A stretch of DNA of 20,000 nt, taken from the IMG/VR virus record IMGVR_UViG_3300032213_000694, positions 46,518 to 66,517 of that record; one strand, 5' to 3'. Below the pieces are notes generated by a model. That model was not told where the DNA came from, searched no databases, and saw nothing but the letters and a program-made list of their open reading frames with translations. Shown one piece after another: positions 8,382 to 17,444 of this stretch; the stretch's first letter is position 1, and every line of letters begins with the position of its first letter. Position numbers and translations under genes: made by a program. The DNA comes from an uncultured virus (IMG/VR IMGVR_UViG_3300032213_000694) (lineage: Duplodnaviria > Heunggongvirae > Uroviricota > Caudoviricetes > Crassvirales).

Positions 8382-9128
8382 TTAGCGATATTTTTTAGAT
8401 AATAACTCGTATATCTCTAAACCATCGTTGCTCTGAAGCCACGATGCAAGTAGCTTGGCGGGTTCTTCTCCAAAAGGGACACCCATTAGCTTCTTCTTGT
8501 TATCTTGTAGGTTAAAGAATATGTCTCTATTCTTATTCTTTAAGATAAACGTACCGTCTTGCAACGCTTTAACTGCAATGTTTTGCAACTTAAGTTCTGG
8601 ATCGTTTAGTAATTGCAAGAACTCATACGGGTTATTCCTAGCATATAACATTAAATCTCTTCTTAATTCTTCGCTAGATAAATTATCTACACGAGAATCC
8701 ATCATTACACGAGCAATAGCTTCTGCTGTAGCAATATCTACTTCACGTGCTGCAATCTGAGCATCTAATTGAATATTAATGTTGTCGATTTGAACTGAAG
8801 CATCACGCTTAGTATCAACCTCCTCGAATACTGATCCATTATCTGGATGGTAAGCCAAGAACATTTGCAATACTTGATTCTCCTTAGGAACCGATAACAA
8901 ACCATCGTCAAAGATGATTGGCTCTAAAATGAAGTTACCATCTTGCTCATCCTCAAAAGGAGACTTTTGGTTAACCGCATATCGTAGTGGTCTGTTAGTA
9001 TTTGTTTTTGTATCGAAGTACAATAGAGAGCGACGTGTAGTATTACGTGACGCTAACATGAATGAGATAGGAAAAGTTCTTCTCTTTAGGACATACAATT
9101 TGTCCACAATTTCTCTGGGATTTGACAT
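8382..9128 (-). CDS. Conserved hypothetical protein downstream of the major capsid gene
   Basis: 248-aa ORF (LRYAVNQKSPFEDEQ, IIFDDGLLSVPKENQVLQMFLAYHP) in the post-capsid position occupied by a conserved gene in crAss-like phages. Function not recognised. Confidence 0.75.
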   Translation of the reverse strand: MSNPREIVDKLYVLKRRTFPISFMLASRNTTRRSLLYFDTKTNTNRPLRYAVNQKSPFEDEQDGNFILEPIIFDDGLLSVPKENQVLQMFLAYHPDNGSVFEEVDTKRDASVQIDNINIQLDAQIAAREVDIATAEAIARVMMDSRVDNLSSEELRRDLMLYARNNPYEFLQLLNDPELKLQNIAVKALQDGTFILKNKNRDIFFNLQDNKKKLMGVPFGEEPAKLLASWLQSNDGLEIYELLSKKYR

Positions 9129-9151
9129 TATATTTGATTTTAAAATTTAAA

Positions 9152-9159
9152 CAAAATTA
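9152..9159 (-). promoter_or_regulatory. Bacteroidota-type -7 promoter box TAATTTTG
   Basis: TAnnTTTG match abutting the tail of the capsid-gene terminator, 23 nt before the ATG at 9128. The region is AT-rich, so a chance match is possible. Confidence 0.5.
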
Positions 9160-9184
9160 AATAAGGGGAGACCGAAGCCTCCCC
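9159..9184 (-). terminator. Intrinsic terminator after the major capsid gene, with C-UUCG-G tetraloop
   Basis: Minus strand GGGGAGGC-TTCG-GTCTCCCC followed by TTATTT: an 8-bp stem with one G-U pair and an interrupted U tract. Confidence 0.85.
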
Positions 9185-9193
9185 CTAAGTTTA

Positions 9194-10609
9194 CTAGTTC
9201 TCGAAGATGAAGAAGTTGTTCGCACCAAGAGTACATAAAGCACGCTCAGATAAGAAGTTAACCTCCATTGCATCAAGGTCGCTAGTTTGAGCACCACCAG
9301 CAGAACCAGTGATCCAAGTTTTGTAGCGACGATCTTCAGTTTCAGAAGCACGGTAACGAACGTGTAAGAACGGACGCTTTGCATTCTTTCCTAAGATTTG
9401 ATCGTATACGTTAGTAGAACCTGCAGGTACTAAGATACCATTGATACCACCACCAACGATTCCACCACGAGTAGTAGCATCGTTTAAGTATTTCCAATCA
9501 GTCTTGTAGAAGTCATAACCACGACGGAATCCTGTGAAACCTAATTCTAACGCCATGTCTTCTTTGTTGTCGAACAAACCGTATGAAGTACCACCTGATC
9601 CGTAAGAGTTTTGAGAAGCTAACATGTCGTTGATATCGAAAGAGAACTTACGATTAACGAACAATACGTTCTCTTGGATAGCTCCTTGCTTGTCAAGACG
9701 TTGGATGATAGCATCGAAGTCAGACAAAGTAGTAGGGTTACCACCAGACCATACGTTACCACGAGTTTGAACTGCATCAAATAAACCTTGAGTACCAGCG
9801 TCGCCAGGTTGAACTTGAGAAGAAGCAACTGTCAAGTAAGTTAAAGCACCTGAACCAGCTTCTGCAGGAACACCTTCAACCATTGACATCTCTAAGTAGT
9901 CTTCGAAACGCAAACGAGTCTCGTGCTCAGATTTGATGTACCATAAGTAACCAGTAGCACCATTCTCAGAAGTTACTTCAACCCATCCGATTTGAGCCAT
10001 GTCAGAACCAGATACAGTGTACTTGTCTTTGATGATGATTGGCTTGTTCTCGAAGAATAAGTCTTGAGACTCTAAAGAACCGATCATACCAGTTGAACCC
10101 TTAGTGAATTCAGAACCGTAAACGAATGCAGTAGAAGCAGTCGACGCAGCGATTGTTTGTCCTGGACCGTTGTAGTAAGCAACTGTGAAAGTGTTAGCAG
10201 AAGTATTTACTGCAGTGATAACCGCTTTATCAGAAGCAGAACCAGTGTTAGCAGATAAAAATACAGTTTGGTTAACACGGAAGTTAACGATTACGTTAGA
10301 ATCATTAACTGTCCAAGTTGCGGTGTCAGCACCAGCAACAGCAGTAGTTGTTACGTTAACATATTTAGTATGTAAACGACCTTGCTCTGCCCACTTAATT
10401 AAGTCAGAGTTAGAAGGTAATTCTGCACCTACCATACGTAAGAAAGATGCAATAGAGCGATTACCATAACGTTCGAATTCTGACTCGTAAGTATCAGGAA
10501 GATACTGGTTTAAGAAGTCGAAGTTAGTAATGTAGTTAGTAGGCAATGTTGCCCGTACCGCAGAGGGTTGCAATTGAAACCCCGGGGATGCTTGAACTGA
10601 TCCAGCCAT
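9194..10609 (-). CDS. Major capsid protein (HK97 fold, crAss-like)
   Basis: 471 aa following portal and scaffold, with FLNQYLPDTYESEFERYGNR, WAEQGRLH, IIIKDKYTVSGSD and FLSERALCTLGANNF. Strong highly-expressed codon bias (CGT, TTC, AAC, ATC, GGT) and a terminator directly downstream. Confidence 0.9.
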   Translation of the reverse strand: MAGSVQASPGFQLQPSAVRATLPTNYITNFDFLNQYLPDTYESEFERYGNRSIASFLRMVGAELPSNSDLIKWAEQGRLHTKYVNVTTTAVAGADTATWTVNDSNVIVNFRVNQTVFLSANTGSASDKAVITAVNTSANTFTVAYYNGPGQTIAASTASTAFVYGSEFTKGSTGMIGSLESQDLFFENKPIIIKDKYTVSGSDMAQIGWVEVTSENGATGYLWYIKSEHETRLRFEDYLEMSMVEGVPAEAGSGALTYLTVASSQVQPGDAGTQGLFDAVQTRGNVWSGGNPTTLSDFDAIIQRLDKQGAIQENVLFVNRKFSFDINDMLASQNSYGSGGTSYGLFDNKEDMALELGFTGFRRGYDFYKTDWKYLNDATTRGGIVGGGINGILVPAGSTNVYDQILGKNAKRPFLHVRYRASETEDRRYKTWITGSAGGAQTSDLDAMEVNFLSERALCTLGANNFFIFEN

Positions 10610-10632
10610 TGTTTTGTTGTTTGTTTTTTAGT

Positions 10633-11718
10633 TTATAATTTTCTTATTTTTAGTCTGCTACCATGATCATTATCCAAAGCCTTAACTGAGAACCCACCTT
10701 TTTCAACATGTTGTGGAGCGTTTCTTACGCTCATGTCGATGTTTTTGCTTTGACGAACTGAGTCATCAATTGCATCTGCTTTGCCCATATCATAAAAGAA
10801 TTTGGCCATTGCATCAGGGTTCATTGCCGCAGCAATTGTTTTATGATACTGTTTAGCATCCTTAATGTATCCATCTTCATTAACAAAATTGTTAAAGAAT
10901 TTAGAAATGTCTGTTTGTTGAGCTTTCAGCTGCTCTGGAGTTCCCGGTTTGTAAGAAATCTCTTTATCTCCAATCTTGAAATCAAAACCTTTGAATTCAT
11001 CAGAGAATAAATCGTTTGTCTTATTAATAAAGTACTCCGATTTTTTAGCCTGCTCCTGCTGCATAGCAGTAGATTGGCTAATATATTGCTTGTAAGATTC
11101 CAAAGCAACTTTGTCTTCATCAGGAATTGAGTACTCCATCCTCGACTCAAGGGGAGCTTTATATTTTTCCTTTTGTTCTTCAAAGTACTTTGACGCCTTG
11201 CCAAGTTCTTTTTTAAGTGCTAATTTTTTGCGCTTGATTTCTTTCTCATCATCCTCATCTTCATCATAGCTAAATCTTGATTCGTACTCGAATGCAATAT
11301 CCTCATCATCAAAATCAGGATTAGTTTCACGCATATAATCAGCTAGAAGCCTTTCTGGTGTAACCTTAGAAAAATCTTGGTTAACACGGTAGAAGTCTTC
11401 TAAACCACGCCCTGTCTCTTTCTTAAATTTTAAGAAAGCATTAACATCTTCAGGCAATAACTCCTGTTGAGGCTGTGGTTTTTCTGTAAACAATTCATCC
11501 AAAGAGTCTACCTCCTTGTTGAATTTCGTTTTCAAATATGAAAGAACGTCGTTATCACCAAAACTAGGTGATTCTATTACTGGCTCTTGTATATGCACTT
11601 CCTCAACAGGAGCTACATCTTCAGCCATCTTTTGTTCGTGGTCATCAAGCAATTGTTGCTCGATTTCTTGCACAGACTTTTCCTCAAAGTCTACAAGTTT
11701 TACTTTAATATTTTCCAT
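10633..11718 (-). CDS. Capsid scaffolding protein (putative)
   Basis: 361 aa, very acidic and coiled-coil rich (FSYDEDEDDEKEIKRKKLALKKEL) with a short basic C-terminus (RLKIRKL), located between portal and capsid genes. Confidence 0.7.
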   Translation of the reverse strand: MENIKVKLVDFEEKSVQEIEQQLLDDHEQKMAEDVAPVEEVHIQEPVIESPSFGDNDVLSYLKTKFNKEVDSLDELFTEKPQPQQELLPEDVNAFLKFKKETGRGLEDFYRVNQDFSKVTPERLLADYMRETNPDFDDEDIAFEYESRFSYDEDEDDEKEIKRKKLALKKELGKASKYFEEQKEKYKAPLESRMEYSIPDEDKVALESYKQYISQSTAMQQEQAKKSEYFINKTNDLFSDEFKGFDFKIGDKEISYKPGTPEQLKAQQTDISKFFNNFVNEDGYIKDAKQYHKTIAAAMNPDAMAKFFYDMGKADAIDDSVRQSKNIDMSVRNAPQHVEKGGFSVKALDNDHGSRLKIRKL

Positions 11719-11737
11719 TTAATTTAATTTAGTTACA

Positions 11738-11745
11738 CAAAAGTA
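11738..11745 (-). promoter_or_regulatory. Bacteroidota-type -7 promoter box TACTTTTG (scaffold-capsid operon)
   Basis: TAnnTTTG match in the 37-nt gap, 19 nt before the ATG at 11718. Confidence 0.65.
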
Positions 11746-11755
11746 ATAATAAAAT

Positions 11756-14188
11756 TTATCTTGGGTTAAACTGCTCTAAGCTGAAGCCGTCTAACGAATC
11801 TTCTTGAGACTCAAAGTTCATCGCAGGTAGGTCTTTTTGACGTTGCTCAATTAACTTTGATTGCTGAGTAGCTTGGAGTTTTGTGCGATCATCCTTAGCT
11901 TTCTCTTTGTCCATATCTAGTTGCTTAATCTTCTCAACCTCCATACCTTTTAGTTGCATGTTGTAATTGAATTCAACCGACATTAATTGCTCTTTAATCT
12001 GAGCTTCAGCTTGCATTCTTTGTACATCCAACTGCATTTGGTTTTGAGCAATCATAGCTTTAGCTTGTGCCTCAGCTTGAATAGCTTGTAACTTAAATTG
12101 AGCTGCCGCTTGAGAAGATTGGATATTACCTTGAGTTTGCATTTGGATTTTTGCTTGCTCATTATCCATATCTTGCTTCTGCTTATTCTTACGTTTAAGT
12201 TTTAGCAATTCGTTGGCAATCTTAATATTCTTCATTTGACGAATATCAATAGCGTCCTCAAGTGTGATTTGATCACGTTGTAAAGCCATCTGAATATTCG
12301 CTTCTAGCTGACCTCTTTCTTCTTCGTCAGGAGCAACCTCAATAAATATACCAAAGTCATGTAAGTACAAGTCCTTAATTTCTTCTAAAATAGCAACATT
12401 GTATTTACCAATTTGCATTGTAAACTCTTCTTTGAAATCAGAGTATTCTAATATATCCGCAACACGAAGAGACAACGCCTCCGATAATCTGCGAGTAATA
12501 AATAAACTTCCCTCTAAGATGTGACGAGTTGCAGTATTTGAATTAAGTGCTGCAAGCTTTTGAACACCTACTAATGCATCAGGGTTTGGAGTAGAAGCAT
12601 CACGTGCTTCGTTCAATCCTGTTACATCACGTATCATGCTAAGATACTGATTGTATGCATTAATCAATGCAGTAATCTTACCTTGGCCACTATTAGTGTT
12701 GAGTTCTTGAATTGGTATACGGCCATGGTTTAAGTCACCATCAGTTGTCATGCTGCGTCCAATAACACTACCCGTTTGGAAATATAAACGTAAAGCATCT
12801 TCAGGATTGTAAGAAGCACCTGTACCCAAGTCAACTTCATTGATACCATCAGCATCGATGAATACACCATCTGGTACAACACGTTGTAGAACTTGTTGTA
12901 ATTTAAGATGGGTCATTTGAATTAAGTCAGCAAAAGGAATCATACGACGAGTCAACGACTCAACAATTCCTTTGTACATTCTTGGTGCTACAGCTATATA
13001 TTGTGGTAATGCATACTGAGAAGCAGATTTAGGGCGAACCATATTACGAGCAAGCTCCCACTTAAGTAGATAAGGAGATCCAGGTACCATAATACCTTCG
13101 TACCATACGTCAATTCTCTTCTCAATTCTCTCAAACCTTTCTTCAGTTCCTTCCGGAGGATTAAAGTTCTCATCTTTTTGTATTACACGAACACCATTGT
13201 TCTCAAGATATTTCTTCTTGTAAACAAATGTCTTATCTGTTTTATAATTAAAATATAATAACGTAACCACATCTCTGTTAAAGATGTCGCTACGGTACGG
13301 ACGCATGATGCCGTAATAATTGTACCACGCAGTTCCTAATTGCTGAATCTCTGCCAACTCCTCTTTTGTAATGTCTGGCTTAATCTTAATTAGTTCTGTG
13401 ATTGGTACTTGCTTTACTTCTCCCCAATAGAAACAATCGTCAAATGTTGGGGATTCTGTGTAACTATATACAATGTTAGCGGGGTCAACATACTCCACAC
13501 GAACTCCGGTTCCTGGTACAAAGGAGTGTTTTACTACGCCTATGCCGATTGTTGTGATGTCGTAGTCGACCCTTTTACGAACGTCTTGGTAATGGTTTAA
13601 ATCTAAGATAGTATTGATTGCCTCTTCTTCTGCAATCTCAATAGCAGGCTTATATTTAAGCTGCATATATAAAGATAACTCTTGCTCGTTCTCAGGGATA
13701 TCTTGCTCAGGAATGTTATAAGCATCAACACCTAATTGTTCTTTACCTATTTTTAAAACATCTTTTGCAATCATATCCCTTTCAACCATCTGTTGAAATC
13801 CAAATCGATTGTCCATTGACATTGCGTCTTGCGCATATGCTTTAACCTCAAATAAGCGATCGTGCATACCGTTAACAACGATGTCAACAAACTTAGGGAT
13901 AATAGGGACAGGAGTCCAATCAAGGTTAAGGTGCGACATATCGCCATCTACCTCTAATTGGCTTTTGTATTTTGCAATAGGTTGCTCGCCACGAGCATAA
14001 AGCCTAACTCTATGGAAATCAATCCATTGTGAATAGTATCGGCAACTATTGCCTGTCTTTGCAAACCATTCGTATGAAATGCTTTGCCCAATTCTTAAGC
14101 CATATTCCCAAGATGCCTTTTCCTGATCAGTCGCTAACTGCGAGGGGAATTGGGTATCTGGCATTAATATTCCAAGAGGTTTGTTCAT
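11756..14188 (-). CDS. Portal protein
   Basis: 810 aa directly after TerL (ATGA overlap), with PVPIIPKFVDIVVNG, VRVEYVDPAN, IRDVTGLNEARD and a long Q/A-rich C-terminal coiled coil (P22-like barrel). Confidence 0.9.
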   Translation of the reverse strand: MNKPLGILMPDTQFPSQLATDQEKASWEYGLRIGQSISYEWFAKTGNSCRYYSQWIDFHRVRLYARGEQPIAKYKSQLEVDGDMSHLNLDWTPVPIIPKFVDIVVNGMHDRLFEVKAYAQDAMSMDNRFGFQQMVERDMIAKDVLKIGKEQLGVDAYNIPEQDIPENEQELSLYMQLKYKPAIEIAEEEAINTILDLNHYQDVRKRVDYDITTIGIGVVKHSFVPGTGVRVEYVDPANIVYSYTESPTFDDCFYWGEVKQVPITELIKIKPDITKEELAEIQQLGTAWYNYYGIMRPYRSDIFNRDVVTLLYFNYKTDKTFVYKKKYLENNGVRVIQKDENFNPPEGTEERFERIEKRIDVWYEGIMVPGSPYLLKWELARNMVRPKSASQYALPQYIAVAPRMYKGIVESLTRRMIPFADLIQMTHLKLQQVLQRVVPDGVFIDADGINEVDLGTGASYNPEDALRLYFQTGSVIGRSMTTDGDLNHGRIPIQELNTNSGQGKITALINAYNQYLSMIRDVTGLNEARDASTPNPDALVGVQKLAALNSNTATRHILEGSLFITRRLSEALSLRVADILEYSDFKEEFTMQIGKYNVAILEEIKDLYLHDFGIFIEVAPDEEERGQLEANIQMALQRDQITLEDAIDIRQMKNIKIANELLKLKRKNKQKQDMDNEQAKIQMQTQGNIQSSQAAAQFKLQAIQAEAQAKAMIAQNQMQLDVQRMQAEAQIKEQLMSVEFNYNMQLKGMEVEKIKQLDMDKEKAKDDRTKLQATQQSKLIEQRQKDLPAMNFESQEDSLDGFSLEQFNPR

Positions 14189-16398
14189 ATCTTGTTAATT
14201 CTACTGAAGGAACCAGTGTTATCGTAAGTTGCAAATTTAATGCTTATTTTTGACTCTTTTTTCTCAGGCAAATATACGTGCTTTTGATTTGCCATAATAG
14301 CATACCCTGAACTAATTGAAGCATCATACTTTGTTCTGTCATTTACATCGAATCTAGCCCAATCTTGAAGTGTTTTATTAAACGGCATATCTCCTATCTC
14401 ATCAGGCTGACGGTAGTTACCCTCCATATCTAAACCGATAAATCGCTCAATGTATGTCTCAATTGCTGTAGCGTGTGCCTGCTTAATATCTTCACTTGAT
14501 GATGGTATGCCACCAATCTCTCTTTCTGTGAATGATAGTTTGTGAGCTGGCTTGTCGGGCCTGTTCATTGAGAACCCACGGTAGCCTCTATTCTTAAAGT
14601 GATAAAGAAGACGTGCCTTGTTATTCTCGCAAAGTATAGGCATGCCGTAGAACACACAAGCCATCAGCACCTCTTCAAAGAATATCTCTGCCGTCTGTGG
14701 ACGAGCAATGTATTCTAAAAAGAAAGTATTGGATGGGGCTCCTGTCATATTAAACTTGGTCAATCCGTGGAGCGAACCGTTTGATCCACCAAAGGTCGCA
14801 CCTGAGATGTCGTAGGGGTCACAACCAAACGCACCAATATGCTCATTACCCGGATATCTATTCCCATTTTTAGTAATATAATTATTGTTCACCCCGGGCC
14901 CTGGTATCCAAGATACTAAGAACCTACCGTTCTTATCAGGTGTCCAAATAACCTTGGTGTCTTTCTCTCCGTTAGCCCAGTGAAAGTAGCCACGTGTTAT
15001 GACGTGGTCTTGAATTAAGCTATCATTGTAGTCTATCTGCTGATAGATTTTAGTCAAGTTAAACAAAGATGACTTGGTCTCATCACGGAAAGCGTGTGAC
15101 TCTGTTCTAGGAAACTGACGATAAAATTCATTTAGTGCATCAGGGTTAGCCTTTAGCGATGACACCTCATTATTCCAATACTCAATTACCCCTTGCGTTA
15201 TCCAAGTCCCCTCTGCCGAACGTACAGGCTTCTCAGGTTTTTCTAAGACTGCGTGACCATACTCGTCAATATATCCCTCAAAGTTATACTCCATCGGGAT
15301 AAAGAGCGAATACAGACCTGATATAGTCTGACCATTCTGGTTTCTTTTCTTAACGTTTGAGTCATAGTAAATCCGTTTATAGTTTTCTCCGCCTTTGTCG
15401 AGTGCATTTGATGTTGATCCCATCATACACTTGCCAATAATTCTAGCACCTAAACGAAGACAAGTTTTTCTGACACGCCAACCGTTCTCTATGTTCATAG
15501 GACGCTCTAACTTAGCAGCCTCATCCTCAACCAAATATAACAATTTTTCTCCATCATAACTGTTGTCCGCTGTGTTACGCCAGTCAATAGTTGTATCCAA
15601 TCCGTCAATCTCTTCCTCATTCTCCTCGTGCATATTCTTACGAGTAATCTTAGAAGCTGGAACACGGAAGGCAAGCTCTGTCTTTGGAGCAGACATACCA
15701 TCACGCACGGGTTGGAAAAAGAATGGATAGTTATTTGCAATCGGAACTACCTTATCGGTAAACATCTTCTTAGCATCGGGGCCCGTCTTAGATGTTAAAC
15801 CTATACGAGCATCCTTAGCTAAGGTTGCAATGTTGACTGCTTCTGATGAAGCCATAAAAGAGAAACCTGAACGACGGTTCTTAAGGTAACACATGCCAAA
15901 GCATCTGCTGTCAGCCTTACACGCTTCCCAAAATATAAAGAATATCCTGTTTGATTCACGGAAGTCAGGATGACCTACGTCAGTCTTTGACCATTGCAGA
16001 TACATATAATGTGCACCTGTGATGTAAGTCTTCTCACTATTGTTGATAAACCAATACCCTAACTCACGTCTGTCAAACTCTTTCTCGATGTAGTCTACCC
16101 ATTGAGACTTAAATGAATTGTCACGACGGTTCCAATCAAAGATGGTCTTGATGCGAGATAGTTCTTTAGGTAGCTCTGTGGCTTTCCATTTGTTGCCATC
16201 GTAGTCAACCTTGTCAGGAGCCAATGGCAGGGCAACTCTTAGCCCACTAATATTGTACACCTCCCCAATCGTGCCATCTTTTGACACGACCACAAAGTCG
16301 TACTCAGGGTCCCAGCCATACTCCCAATCTTTCTTTGCATTTCTTTTTGCAAGAATCTTATTAGGAACATTAGACTCATCAATATAGAATAAACTCAT
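14185..16398 (-). CDS. terL: Terminase large subunit
   Basis: 737 aa with the Walker A region YLKNRRSGFS, Walker B LLYLVEDEAAK, motif III GSTS, RQFPRTESHAF, and the RNase H-like nuclease motif AFGCDPYD plus a C-terminal KYDASIS. Confidence 0.93.
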   Translation of the reverse strand: MSLFYIDESNVPNKILAKRNAKKDWEYGWDPEYDFVVVSKDGTIGEVYNISGLRVALPLAPDKVDYDGNKWKATELPKELSRIKTIFDWNRRDNSFKSQWVDYIEKEFDRRELGYWFINNSEKTYITGAHYMYLQWSKTDVGHPDFRESNRIFFIFWEACKADSRCFGMCYLKNRRSGFSFMASSEAVNIATLAKDARIGLTSKTGPDAKKMFTDKVVPIANNYPFFFQPVRDGMSAPKTELAFRVPASKITRKNMHEENEEEIDGLDTTIDWRNTADNSYDGEKLLYLVEDEAAKLERPMNIENGWRVRKTCLRLGARIIGKCMMGSTSNALDKGGENYKRIYYDSNVKKRNQNGQTISGLYSLFIPMEYNFEGYIDEYGHAVLEKPEKPVRSAEGTWITQGVIEYWNNEVSSLKANPDALNEFYRQFPRTESHAFRDETKSSLFNLTKIYQQIDYNDSLIQDHVITRGYFHWANGEKDTKVIWTPDKNGRFLVSWIPGPGVNNNYITKNGNRYPGNEHIGAFGCDPYDISGATFGGSNGSLHGLTKFNMTGAPSNTFFLEYIARPQTAEIFFEEVLMACVFYGMPILCENNKARLLYHFKNRGYRGFSMNRPDKPAHKLSFTEREIGGIPSSSEDIKQAHATAIETYIERFIGLDMEGNYRQPDEIGDMPFNKTLQDWARFDVNDRTKYDASISSGYAIMANQKHVYLPEKKESKISIKFATYDNTGSFSRINKI
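14232..14239 (-). promoter_or_regulatory. Possible internal promoter TAAATTTG(CA) inside the 3' end of terL, ahead of the portal gene
   Basis: TAnnTTTG match 43 nt upstream of the portal ATG, overlapping codons I-K-F-A. Confidence 0.4.
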
Positions 16399-16676
16399 TT
16401 AGTTTTTGCTCTTTGTTCTGCGAATCCACGATTAGTAGGTGCAGAGTTACCAACTACTCCCTCAATAATATTATTCTCCTCCTCGACTCTTTTAAGAATC
16501 TCAAAAGCATCCATGATAGCAAGTTTCTTTGCTGCCGCTGCGTTCTTAAGTTTGTCTGCAGACAAGTCATCATCCATGTGGGTGACAATCTTCTCTTCAG
16601 CAACTTTAATCAACTCCTCAACGGCTTTATACCCAGAGTCAATAATACGCTTTTTTAACTCGGTTATTTTATTCAT
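16395..16676 (-). CDS. Small helical protein, candidate terminase small subunit
   Basis: 93 aa, helical, ATGA-coupled to terL, C-terminal GFAEQRAK. The TerS call rests on position only. Confidence 0.55.
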   Translation of the reverse strand: MNKITELKKRIIDSGYKAVEELIKVAEEKIVTHMDDDLSADKLKNAAAAKKLAIMDAFEILKRVEEENNIIEGVVGNSAPTNRGFAEQRAKTK

Positions 16677-17223
16677 TTAATTTGATTGTTACATTCTTAG
16701 TGTACACACGATATAGAATCTCGCCATCTAGGTCGAACTCATACTCGCTATCAGGCTCAAACGTGACCATGTCGCCATCTTTTACACCTAAGTCTAGTAT
16801 CTCATCGTTCGTGTATCTTATCGTGCCTGTAAGAGGCTTCTTTGCGTCTGCTGTAGTAATGCCTTCAAAGTCATTATCGATTGGCTTGATGAATAGATAT
16901 CTACCGATTCCTTTCCACTCACCACCTGGCTTCTTATACGCATATGGATCGTCGACAAAGAACAAATCCTCTCGGAAGTAATTCCAAGCAGACTTCTCTC
17001 TACCACGCATGTCATAGTACAACCTGAAAGTATTATGATGGCACACAATTGTGTCGCCAGGCTCGATAGGCCCAGTGTAATTAATAGGGGTTGAGATAAC
17101 AACAGCTTCTCTTGTCGTTACACGATGATCTTCTTTAGAGGTGGAAATGTAAAGTTCTCCTCTTTGATTATCATACCTGTTGCCCCCCTTCGGTGTTACC
17201 AAATAATAGTAAGGGCTCCGCAT
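16669..17223 (-). CDS. GroES/Cpn10-like co-chaperonin with two tandem GroES-like domains
   Basis: 184 aa. Half 1: YYLVTP...LYI...AVVISTP...IEPGDTIV. Half 2: RYLFIKP...GTIRY...GVKDGDMVTFEPDSEYEFDLDGEILYRV, resembling GroES vKvGD.V.f..y.g.e...dGe.y. Confidence 0.7.
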   Translation of the reverse strand: MRSPYYYLVTPKGGNRYDNQRGELYISTSKEDHRVTTREAVVISTPINYTGPIEPGDTIVCHHNTFRLYYDMRGREKSAWNYFREDLFFVDDPYAYKKPGGEWKGIGRYLFIKPIDNDFEGITTADAKKPLTGTIRYTNDEILDLGVKDGDMVTFEPDSEYEFDLDGEILYRVYTKNVTIKLNE

Positions 17224-17225
17224 AT

Positions 17226-17444
17226 TTAAAAATCTATATTATATTCAATTAAGAATGGCATGTTGCCATTAATCTTTTTCCATAAGACCACCTCATCATT
17301 AGCCTCGATGTAGATTTCAATATCTCCTGCATCGGTCTGACGAATCAAATGAATCTTATAGTTCCCTTGTAGCACAGATTGGTTGTGCATGTAGTTCATT
17401 GCATTCTTGTAATCTGAACCAACTGATATCTTACGAATTACCAT
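17226..17444 (-). CDS. Small conserved hypothetical phage protein (72 aa; start reassigned from 17534 to 17444)
   Basis: MVIRKISVGSDYKNAMNY...PFLIEYNIDF. The ATG at 17444 follows an A-rich leader and overlaps the upstream gene by only 14 nt, versus 104 nt for the track's start. Confidence 0.7.
   Translation of the reverse strand: MVIRKISVGSDYKNAMNYMHNQSVLQGNYKIHLIRQTDAGDIEIYIEANDEVVLWKKINGNMPFLIEYNIDF

Noticed and set aside
14185..16398. Intein or group I intron in terL, portal or MCP, as found in some crAss-like phages
   Set aside because: The ORFs are uninterrupted and of ordinary length, with no intein C/S...HN boundaries or homing-endonuclease motifs seen.
142..16981. Short plus-strand ORFs in the track (142, 478, 2049, 8455, 8914, 10185, 11516, 13409, 13809, 14029, 16413, 16682)
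   Set aside because: All lie antisense to long, motif-bearing minus-strand genes and have shadow-frame composition (Ser/Ile/Phe/Cys-rich) with no recognisable motifs.
9157..17102. Same-strand alternative-frame ORFs (9157-9384, 9619-9828, 10926-11204, 15507-15740, 16818-17102); considered a programmed frameshift extending the MCP via 9157-9384
   Set aside because: They are nested in real genes and Leu/Val-rich, as expected from codon bias. The 9157 frame would add only a few residues past the MCP stop, runs through the terminator hairpin, and I saw no convincing slippery site.
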